64,000 nucleotides of DNA from Mobula birostris (Eukaryota). The notes beneath the pieces are model-generated. The model had not been told where the DNA came from and did not search any database. It was given only the letters and a program-made list of their open reading frames with translations. Below are positions 27,501-39,500 of this stretch, one piece after another. The stretch lies in the NCBI RefSeq assembly GCF_030028105.1, contig NC_092370.1, forward strand, positions 108,266,793 to 108,330,792. The letters run 5' to 3'. Positions within the stretch are counted from its first letter, which is position 1. Each line of letters starts with the position of its first letter. The translations under genes were made by a program, and so were the position numbers.

Positions 27501-30500
27501 TTAGCTATAGGTAAGGATAGGTATGGTCCTTGTGGGAGAGTTTTAAATTGGGGTAGGGCAAGTTACAAGGGCGTTAGGCAGGGACTAAGAAGGATTAATT
27601 GGGAGCACCTTTTGTTCTGGCATATCCACATCAAACATGTGGAGGGTGTTTAAAGATCAATTGCACAGAGTACAGGAAAGGTGTGTTCCTGTTAGAAGAG
27701 ATGGAAAGATAAGAGAACCTTAGATGTCCAGAGAGGTGATGAATTTGGTCAAGATGAAAAAGGAAAAGTATGTAAAGCTTCAGAAGTTAGGATCAAATGA
27801 ATCACATGAAGAGCATAACAAAGCTAGAAAAGAACAAAAGAAGGGAATTAAGAAATCCAGGAGGGGCCATGAAAAGTCCTTGTCAAGTAGGATTAAGGAA
27901 AGTCCCAAGACTTCCCTTACGTACATCAAGAGCAAAATTAGGGAGAGGGTGGGACCACTCAAGGATAGAGAGGGGAAGATTTGCTTGGATGAGGAGAATT
28001 TGAGTGAGGTACTTAATGAGTACTTTGCTTCAGTATTTACCAAGAAAAAGGATATGGAGTACAAGGAGATCAGTGCTGAATGTATAAATTCGTTTTGGCA
28101 TTTAGAGATCAAGGAGGAGGAAGTTTTGGGCCTCCTTATGAATATTAAGGTGGATAAATCCTCAGTTCCTGATGGGTTTTACACCAGGTTATTGAAGGAG
28201 GAAAGAGACAAGATTGCTGGGCCTTTGACCAGTATATTCGTGTCCTCTTTAGCCATGGGCATGGTCTTGGAGGACTGGCAAGTGGCTAATGTTGCACCTC
28301 TGTTTAAGAAGGGAACAAAGGAAAATCATGAGAACTATAGACCAGTGAGTCTCACATAAGTTGCAGACAAACTGCTGGAGACAATTCTTACGTATAGGAT
28401 ATATAAGCATTTGGAAGCTCATGGCCTAATTAGAGAGAGACAGCATGGCTTTGTGAGGCGCAGGTCATGTCTTACCAAATTAATAGAGTTTTTTGACAAG
28501 GCGATGAGAGAGATCAGTGGGAATAGGGCAGTGGACGTTGTCCACATGGATTTTAGTAAGGTGTTTGACAAAGTCCCTCATGGGAGGCTAATCCAGGAGA
28601 TTAAGATGCATGGGGTCCACAGTGAAATCGCAATTTGGAATCAGAAATGACTTGCACATAGAAGACAGCAGGTTGTGGTAGAAGAGACTTATTTGAGCAG
28701 GAGGTCTGTAAGTATTGGTGTTCCTCTTGGACTTGTGCTGGGAACTCTGCCATTTATGATGTATGTAATTGACCTGGATGAAAATGTGGATTCTGGGTTA
28801 ATAAGTTTGCGAATAATTGGTGGAGCTGTGGGTAGTGTAGGTGACTGGCAAACGATACAGGGTGATGTACATCAGTTGCAGATATGGACAGAGAAGTGGC
28901 AGATGGAATTTATATATAACCATATATAACCATATAACAATTACAGCATGGAAACAGGCCATCTCAGCCCTTCTAGTCCGTGCCAAACTCTTACTCTCAC
29001 CTAGTCCCACCGACCTGCACTCAGCCCATAACCCTCCATTCCCTTCCTGTCCATTTAGCTGTCCAATTTAACTTTAAATGACAACATCGAACCTGCTTCA
29101 ACCACTTCTGCTGGAAGCTCGTTCCACACAGCCACCACTCTCTGAGTAAAGAAGTTCCCCCTCATGTTACCCCTAAACTTTTGCCCTTTAACTTTCAACT
29201 CATGTCCTCTTGTTTGAATCTCCCCCACTCTCAATGGAAAAAGCCTATCCACTTTAACTCTATCTATCCCCCTCATAATTTTAAATACCTCTATCAAGTC
29301 CGCCCTCAACCTTCTACATTCCAAAGAATAAAGACCCAAATTGTTCAACCTTTCTCTGTAACTTAGGTGATGAAACCCTAGTAACATTCTAGTAAATGTT
29401 TTCTGTACTCTCTCTATTTTGTTGACATCTTTCCTATAATTCGGTGACCAAAACTGTACACAATACTCCAAATTTGGCCTCGTACAACTTCAACATTACA
29501 TTACATCCCAACTCCTATACTCAATTGTCTGATTTATAAAGGCCAGCATACTAAAAGCTTTCTTCACCACCCTATCCACATGAGATTCCACCTTCAGGGA
29601 ACTATGCACCATTAGTCCTAGATCCCTCTGTTCTACTGCATTCTTCAATGTCCTACCATTTACCATGTATGTTTTATTTTGATTAGTCCAACCAAAATGT
29701 AGCACCTCACATTTATCAGCATTAAACTCCATCTGCCATCTTTTTGCCCCCTCTTCTAACTGGCCTAAATCTCTTTGCAAGCTTTGAAAACCTACTTCAT
29801 TATCCACTACTCCACCTATCTTAGTATTATATGTATACTTACTCATCCAATTTACCACCCCATCATCCAGATCATTAATGTATATGACAAATAACATTGG
29901 ACCCAGTACAGATCCCTGAGGTACACCACCAGTCACCGGCCTCCAATCTGACAAACAGTTATCCACCACCACTCTCTGGTGTCTCCCATCCAGCCACTGC
30001 TGAATCCATTTTACTACTTCAATATTAGTACCTAACGATTGAGCCTTCCTAACCAACCTTCCATGTGGGACCTTGTCAAAGGCCTTACTGAAGTCCATAT
30101 AGACAACATCCACCGCTTCACCCTCGTCAACTCTCCTAGTAACGTCTTCAAAAAATTCAATAAGATTTGTCAAACATGACCTTCCACGTACAAATCCATG
30201 TTGACTGTTCCTAATCATACCCTGTATATCCAGGTCATTATATATACCATCTCTAAGAAGACTTTCCATCAATTTACCAATCACTGACGTCAAACTCACA
30301 GGCCAATAATTGCTAAATTTAGTCTTTTAACCCTTTTTAAACAGTGGAACAACATGAGCAATACACCAATCCTATGGCACCATCCCCGTTTCTAATGACA
30401 TTTGAAATATTTCTGTCAGAGCCCCTGCTATTTCCACACTAACTTCCCTCAAGGTCCTAGGGAATATCCTATCAGGACCCAGAGACTTATCCACCTTTAT

Positions 30501-33500
30501 ATCCCTTAAAAGCTCCAGTACTTCCTCTTCTTTAATCATCATAGTTTCCTTAACTTCCCTACCTGTTTCCCCTATCTTACACAATTCAATATCCTCTCCT
30601 TAGTGAATACCAAAGAAAAGAAATTGTTCAGAATCTCCCCCATCTCTTTTGGCTCCACATATAGCTGTCCACTCTGATTCTCTAAGGGACCAATTTTATC
30701 CCTCACTATCCTTTTGCTATTAATATAATGGTAGAAACCCTTGGGATTTAGATAGAATAGTACAGCACAGTACAGGCCCTTTGGCCCACAATGTTGTGCC
30801 GACCCTCAAACCCTGCCTCCATATAAGCCCCCACCTTAGATTCCTCCATATACCTGTCCAGTAGTCTCTTAGACTTCACTAGTGTACCGCCTCCACCACT
30901 GACTCAGGCAGTGCATTCCACGCACCAACCACTCTCTGAGTAAGAAACCTTCCTCTAATATCCCCCTTGAACTTCCCACCCCTTACCTTAAAGCCATGTC
31001 CTCTTGTATTGAGCAGTGGTGCCCTGGGGAAGAGGCGCTGGCTATCCACTCTATCTATTCCTCTTATTATCTTGTACACCTCTATCATTTATTTTCACCT
31101 TACTTGTCAAAGAAACCTCATATCTTCTTTTAGCTTTTCTAATTTCTTTCTTAAGATTCTTTTTACATTCCTTATATTCCTCAAGCACCTCATTTATTCC
31201 ATGCTGCCTATATTTATTGTAGATATCTCTCTTTTCCCAAACCAAGTTTCCAATATCCCTTGAAAACCATGGCTCTCTCAAACTTTTAACCTTTCCTTTC
31301 AACCTAACAGGAACATAAAGATTCTGTACTCTCAAAATTTCACCTTTAAATGACCTCCATTTCTCTTTTACATTCTTCCCATAAAACAAATTGTCCCAAT
31401 CCACTCCTTCTAAATCCTTTCACATCTCCTCAAAGTTAGCCTTTCTCCAATAAAAAATCTCAACCCTGGGTCCAGACCTATCCTTCTCCATAATTATATT
31501 GAAACTAATAGTACTATGATCACTGGACCCGAAGTGCTCCCCAACACAAACCTCCGTCACCTGACCTATCTCATTCCCTAACACAGGAGGTTATATTATG
31601 AAGCCCTGGTTAGGCCACATCTGGAGTATTCCATACAGTTCTGGTCACTCCACAATAGGAAGGATGTTGAAGCTTTGGAGAGGGTGCAGATGAGGTTTAC
31701 CAGGATGCTGTCTGGTTTAGAGGGCATGTGTTATCATGAATGGCTGGATAAACTTTGGTTGCTTTCTCTGGAACGGTGGAGGCTGAGGGGAGATCTGATA
31801 GAGGTTTATAAGATTATGAGAGGCATAGGTAGATAAAACAGGAGTATCTGTTTCCCAGGGTTGAAATGAGTAATACCAGAGGACATGCATTGAAAGAGAA
31901 GGTTCAAGGCAGATGTGAGGGGTAAGTTCTTTCATTCAGAGTGGAGGATGCCTGGAATGTGCTGCCTGCTATGGTGGTAGAGGCAAATACATTAGAGGTT
32001 TTTAAGAGACGTTTGGATAGGAACATGGATGTAAGGATAATGGAGGGATATGGACATTGTGTAGGTTGGAGGGATTAGTGTTTGGGTGTTTTTGATTTGC
32101 TTTTTATCTGTTTTGGCACAACATTGTGTGCGGAATGGCCTGTTCCTGTGCTGTACTGTTCTATTTATCTTTAAATGGGGCTTTTTCTTTATGTCTTGTC
32201 TTGTGAATACTTGGAGAGTTGGTAGTTTTCAGTAATCACTCAGGGCTATCATCTGAAAAATCAGTTTTACAGTAATGCTTAGCCTCAGTTGCAATTGTTG
32301 TCTTGGCCTGTGCTTGGCATGCTTTTAAAATATTCCTTGATTGGCTTATATTTACACTCAGTGGCTACTTTATTATTTCTTGATTGGCTTATATTTACAC
32401 TCAGTAGCTACTTTTCCTGTAACTAATAAAGTGACCATTGAGTGTATATCTGTGGTCTTTTGCTGCAGAAGCCCATCCACTCCAAGGTTCAACACATGCA
32501 TTCAGAGATGCTCTTTTCCAGATCACTGTTGTAACAGAACTGCCGCTCACTGGATTTTTTTTTCACACACTATTCTCTGTAAATTCTAGAGGCTAGTGTG
32601 CGTGAATATTCCATGAAGTCAGCAGTTTCTGAGATCCTCAAACCACCCCCGTCTGGCACCAACAATCATTTTATGGTCAAAATCGCTTAGTTCACATTTC
32701 TTCTCCATTATGATGTTAGGTCTGAACAACAAATGAACTTCTTGATCATGTCTGCATGCCTTTATGCATTGATTTGTTGCCACACGATTGGCTGATTAGA
32801 TATTTGCATTAACATGCAGCTGTACAGGTATACTAATAATGTAGCCACTGGGTGTATAGCAATGCATACCTCACCTTCTTGTAGAATTTTTACGGGTCAT
32901 GTTTGTCTAGATGAACTTATAATTCATTGGTGAAGGGATTGTGTTTCTTTTGCAGAATTAGCATTATACCTTGAAAGGTATTTCAGTTGTCTTCCATTGA
33001 AATGGTGTTACAATCTTCAAAATATTTAGTTTTGTTTGTTTTTTTATCTAATCTTTTAAATTTACGTATATGTCTAGGGGCTGGTCTTGAATATTTTATA
33101 TTCACATATTCTGTTAAACATTTTCATTGTGTGATCACTATTCATTTGGGTGTTATATTTAATAAGGTCAGTAGAGCCAGTAAATGTCCTTGTTTAAAGA
33201 ATGGAAATGAGCTCATCATTGTATAATCGATTTAAACAATGCAATTCTAACACACACGGAAGGAACAGATCAAGAAGATGCCTGCCAGCAACTTTTAAGA
33301 GAAACTTGATAGACAAAGAATGCCAATATTGCTAGTAACATTAACATCCAGAAAATAGATAAATGTAGAAATAAACATAGTTGGTGATACATAGAGGAGA
33401 CTCCGGCAGAGGTCAGGGCAAAGTATAGCAAAAACAAGATAGTAGACAGCAAAGATGAAGTGGAGGACTTGGACTGAGTAAATGCAGTACTAAAGTTGAA

Positions 33501-36500
33501 TAATTTGGCTCACGTAATGAGGATTCAACAGAAGAAAAAAGTAATTTGAGAAGGAATCCAGTCTAACAAATTAAGTTTCTTTGTAAGTTTTCTTGATGTT
33601 TTACTGAGCTCTATCCATTTTAATCACATTTGCTGCCAATGAATTAGCCTCATTTTAGCTTGGAAAGTGCAAGGCCCAGTTGCTGAATGACACAAAACAG
33701 ACTTGCTCCAGTAATGGGCAAGAATCCCCTGGCTTTTGCCTCAGTAGGCAACCTCCAGTGTAGGAAACCAGGCTCTGGCAAGACTATTCAGCACACCTGC
33801 ACTTGAAGCCTTTGCATGAGTGAGATCCCAGGAACAAACAGGGTTTCTGTCTGACTCTGGGACAAGGGTGGTAGGAGAAAGGTGAACATGCTTTTATTTA
33901 TGTACTTTATCTTTTAGCCCCTATCACACAGAATAACACCTAATATTTGTCCACCTGCTAAGTATGAGCTGCGTACATTCATTCAGTGAGTGAAGTCATC
34001 ATTGTTCTTTATCCTGACCCAACTTTATTACTGTTATATAGCGTTTCGGTTGGTCACTGGTCATTAAGCATCAATAAGTTAGTTATGACTACTACCTGAA
34101 AAAAAACTGCACATGTTAACAAAATAATATGAACAAGTTGTATCTTGTTTTTATTACTAATATAACATTGTCAAATGCTTTGATAAATGTTCAGTATACC
34201 CCTCCTTCATCAACTATTTATCAATGAACAACAGATGTATGTTGTCAGGGTTCTGTTATTTCCTAGAGAAAATGTTCAAGTTGACACCATAAAGCTAAAC
34301 AGATTATTTGTTTCTGCTTGAAATACAGCCACTACTCAGTTCATTAAGAGATGCTTATGTCAGGTTTTGTTCATTTCCAACATTGAATTAATACAGCTTT
34401 TGCCGATGGAAATGACAAACGTGAACAGGTTGGCAGCACTCTAATACACCTTTTGACTGCTCCTACACTTGAGAAAAATATTTTCTTGTAAGTGTACATT
34501 TTAACGCTGATATTACCAGCATGACTGATGGCACCTCTCATGACCCTATTCATGAGACCAGTGTGATATGAGATTTGTTGATTGGAGAGACTGCCAATCT
34601 CCATCAGGACATCAGCATGGTCAGGGAGTGTTTATGAAGCAAGGCATATTGCAAGAGCTTCTGCCAAACCACTGAACAATGGGACAACCCCTGCCTCCCC
34701 ACTTACTTAATTTACAATTGCTTACCATTCCATCATGGCCAGTCAGGGACATGAAGAATTCTAGGTTAGCAAAATTCAGAATCTAAGTATTTAATTCCCT
34801 AGAGTTAACTCCTGGGCTTTAGTGTGCTGGTTTCTTACTTGCCCAAATCGGTCATGGTCCAGTTCTATTTCAATTTAACAGTATGTAAAGGTCTGATTAC
34901 TTCAAATAATTACAAAGTGGGCAAGGACTTCATGAAGAAATAAGAACAAAGTAAGTTTTCTTTTACATTTTATTTCAGAAAACACAAGAAATCCACTATA
35001 AGATAGCCCTTATAATCAACTATGTGGGTCACTCTATCTCTACTGGAGTCCTAATAATTGCCTTTATACTCTTCTTGTGCTTAAGGTATGTAACATTCAC
35101 TGTGAACCTAACATTATTTTATTTATAGCTAACAAAGTATACTGGAATTTTGCCATTGGGCAGCCACCCTGACCTGACTGACTAACAACAACATTAGAAA
35201 ATAGACCACAAGTGTATAAATTCATTTCATTCAATGTGTCTTGCTTTTTGTTGCCTACTGTAAAATTCTTTGCATACCTTAAATTTCTCATTTCCCATTA
35301 GTAACCACCATTTCTCTAAGCAAATCAATTGTTTCTGCATCCAAGGTTTGCTATATTATTGCAAACTATATAACTCTGTGTGAAGATTCTCTTATGCATT
35401 TATTTGTAACCAACTTAGATGAAACTTTAAGCCTTTGTTCCTTCATTTTTCATCACTCTACTAGAGAAAATAATCAACTTCTACTGAGCTTGTCACCTAA
35501 TTAATTCTGCAAAAATGTTCCTCAGAGACCTGGAACAAAGCTTTCCACACAGTGGGTAGATGGAGTCTCTTGCATGCTAGTAGCTATAAGCCTCATCTGC
35601 AGTGATTAAGTATATTCCTGCATCACTTCATTCATGCATTTCTATTCTTCAGGGTAATGACTTACCTTATAGCTATGAAATCTGAAATGTCTACATTGAT
35701 GTTATTTAGGTACAGTATCAGTTTGCATTCACGTTGCAAGCTGAACTAAAGTACCTACTGAGGGAGACTGAGCTGTTACATCAGTGTTCCCTATGTAGTT
35801 GGACACAAACATACAATTTCATGTCAATATTATTACCCCAAACCCAAATGAGATGTATTCTCCCATTTAATCCTAAATTGTTCACTTCAAATGCAATTGC
35901 GATCTGTACCATTTACAACCTCCAGAATACCATTACAGTAGACACCTGTAGTAAAGACAGGTTGTTAGCAATGTAAGTAGCTACTGCAAAGGCATTGCTT
36001 TAAAACAAATAAATCATGAAGACCATTTCATTGTTTTACTAGAAAATCAAAAAGCTGTTGATGCTAGAAATCTGAACTATATTAACACTCAGAGCTAAAG
36101 ATACTTGGCAGCACATGCAGTATCTGTGGAGAGAGAAGCAGAGTTATTGTTTCTAGTCCTGAAGAAGGGTTATAGACCAACACATTGACTGTTTATTCCT
36201 ATAGATGCTGCCTGACTTGCTGAGTTCCTCCAGAATTTTGTTTGTGTTGCTAATTTTTGAAGTTTTTAACTTGAGAATATGCAAATTAGAAATACCAGCC
36301 AGCCACTTGGTCCCTCAAATCTCCTCTGCCATCCAATAACATCTTGGATTGCAGTCTCAACTCCCACATTCCCCTTTACCCATGATGGTTTTTCACCGCC
36401 TCACCTATCAATAACCTTTCTAGAAGACATAGAAGATCTATCCACCTCTGCCTTAGTAATATTGAATAGCTATGCTTCAATGGCTCTTTGAAGAAGAGTT

Positions 36501-39500
36501 TCAAAGACTCGCAGTCAGTCTAGAGGAGCCATTTTGCCTCTGTCTTATCTTCATCTTAAATATGCAAGCCATTACTATTACACAATGACTCCTAGTATCA
36601 ATGCTCTTAAGAGTAACCATCTTCTCTACATTATCATGTCAAGAAACTTCAGCATGCTATTTTTCAATGAAATGACCCTTCATTTTCTCTGAGCTCAAAT
36701 AGATGCAAGCACAATCTGTCTAATCATTCTTCAGGAGACAACCCAGGTATTAATCTAGTCAACCTTCTCTGACCTGCTTCCAATGCATAAATGCCCTTCC
36801 TTGAAGCAATAATGTCCTAGTGTTCTATATGTGTCCCGTAAATGGTCCCTATGTACCTGAAATGGCGCTCTGTTAGTTTTTGTAATTGCTTGTAGTTAAC
36901 TGCATTGTACTCTTTCGCAAAATGATGCACTAGAATACACAGAACCCTCTACATCTCAGAACTCCACAGTCTCTCAGCTTTTTTTTCTGTTTTCAATGCG
37001 TTAATAGACAGTTACACATTATCCCATGTTATACCCCTTTTGTCTTTGCTATTTCACACAAGCCTTTGTATCTTCTTTATGTCTTCTTCAGAACATATGT
37101 TCTTACTTTTATCTTTGTCATGGTAAGCTTAGCAGTCATGCAACTTTGTGCCTTTTGTTACATATCTGCGGATCAAGAACGAAAGAGTAGTGTGATTAAC
37201 CATTTTTACTGAGTCGTGTTAGTAATGGTGCAGTGTGGGACCTACAAGTCGGGTCCACTGAGACAAAGTACCTATGTGCTCAAAAACCCGCACCCAAAAG
37301 AAAGTGCCGCCCACACGCAGGAGGACTGATTGACCACCACCCAATCAATTAGCTGCATATGCACTTGCTGCATTTTAGCAATCGACCTGATACAGTGCAC
37401 CTTTATCCAAGTCATTCCTGTATATTATAGAATGATGAGGTCTCAGCCGTGATCCCTGTGGCTCACTCATTACTCCATGCAATCCAGAAATTTGGACCAA
37501 GTCCACCTGGACCTGGGGATTTGTCAACCCACACCTCCAAACAATTTGCTCAGTATCACTAATTTTATTGAACAATTCCATCCCATTCTATTCATCATTT
37601 ACAGCAATCTCTGGCAGTTATCTGTGTATCAGAACTAGGGAATCATACCTGCTTTGTATATTTTCTTATTTCTGTTTGATTTAGTTCTCACATTAATCAA
37701 CTGCACACATTACATCATTATCATAGCTGTAGACCTTCAGCCAGGACCAAATCACTGTGTCAGAGGATGACCTGATCTCAGGTTAAACACATGTATGCCA
37801 GAACTCTCTATTGCTTCATGTAGTTTCCAGTAGCCACTGGAATAGCATTAACCAGCTGTTTTGCACCGAACAGAGAGACAATTATGCTTTCCTCCCATCC
37901 CCCAGTCTGTCGCATGTTTCTCATTTCTCACTTCATGTGCCCCGCCCCTGGTCTTTGCAGCAGCTATCAAAATCTGAGCTTGAATGTGGAGCCCAAAGTG
38001 AAAACCTGACATTTGTCTTCTCTTCTCTACTATCTTAATTCCTCAAAGATCAATATGTAAGGTTGACAATTAAAGAAATAATCTGCTGGAGGACCTTAGT
38101 GGGTGAGCAGCATCTGTGGCGGGGGGTGGGGGAGGGGGATCAATTGTCAACATTTTGGTCTAAAACCATTCCTTTCCTCCACACCACCCCCCAACGTATG
38201 CTGCTCGATCTGTTGAGCTCTTCCAGCAGTCTGTTGTGTCTTCCGACAATTAAAGTAGATTGTTGAAAGGAAAAATGCGAATAAAAACCGTCAAATAAAA
38301 TGAATAAGTGCAGAATATGAGAATGAACAGTGAAAGGCCGTTGACCTGAAGCAGTGACTCTTTCTCCACTTTCCACATAGTTTGCATGCCCCCGCTGAGC
38401 ATTTCCAATACTTTATGTTTTCATTTTGTGCTTGTATTTGAGAAATCGCCTTAGAACGTACCAACCCACCTCTCTGCAAGAGTTCTCATTCAGCAGTTTA
38501 ACTTCCTAGTATACCTATCATGTTTTTTTAAGGTATGCCTTCCATTGTTTTATAGGCTGCCTTATAAATAACTATGCCTAACCTTTAAACATCATGCTTG
38601 GGGAAGCCTAGTACAATTTTAACTGATCAGTCTTTCTTTGTTTTGGCTGGCACAGGAGTATTAGATGCCTTCGGAATATCATTCATTGGAATCTGATAAC
38701 CACTTTTATTTTGAGGAATATTCTGTGGTTCCTGATGCAATTAATTGATGCTGAAGTACATGAGAGAAATGAGGTAAGCTCTTAACAATGGTAAGTGCCT
38801 GGCTAATATGTAACTCAGCATTTCAGACCAGAATCTCTTCTGATCAGTTGCTGAGTTCGCAGATGTCAGCAAGGATCATCTGTAAGATGGCCGTTCACCA
38901 AAATGCAGCAGCCACTCTCCGTCCAATCAAAGATAGACAATAGTCAATAGACAATAGGTGCAAGAGTAGGCCATTCAGCCCTTCGAGCCAGCACCAGCAT
39001 TCACTGTGATCATGGCTGATCATCCACAATCAGTACCCTTTTCCTGCCTTCTCCCCATATCCCTTCACTCCGCTATCTTTAAGAGCTCTATCTAACTCTT
39101 TTTTGAAAGAATCCAGAGAACTGGCCTCCACTGCCTTCTGACGCAGAGCATTCCACAAATCCACAACCCTCTGTGTGAAAAAGTTTTTCCTCAACTCCGT
39201 TCTAAATTGCCTACCCTTTATTCTTAAACTGGGCCCTCTGGTTCTGGACTCTCCCAACATCGGGAACATGTTTCCTGCCTCTAGTGTGTCCAATCCCTTA
39301 ATAATGTTATATGTTTCAATCAGATCCACTCTCATACTTCTAAATTCCAGTGTATACAACCCCAGTCGCTCCAGTCTTTCAACATATGACAGTCCCGCCA
39401 TCCCGGGAATTAACCTATATTTATTCGTCCTTTTATACAATTGAAAGCCATTGTTGGATACTAAGAACATCAAGTAATGCAGGAGTATCCTACCATCAAG

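Larger units (their letters stand above)
27500..32165 (+). mobile_element. Degenerate CR1 (about 27500-28910 plus 31585-32165), outer layer of a nest
   Basis: ORFs 27724-28359, 28411-28650, 28675-28929 run to EKWQMEF; homology resumes at ALVRPHLEY near 31600 and runs to the 3'UTR. Confidence 0.9.

Noticed and set aside
30285-30292. CRE octamer TGACGTCA
   Set aside because: Part of CR1 coding sequence (SLTSV); no evidence of regulatory use.
37090-37103. Perfect palindrome AGAACA-ta-TGTTCT resembling a glucocorticoid response element in a stress-axis gene
   Set aside because: The spacer is 2 nt rather than the 3 nt required, and it lies in a decayed CR1.
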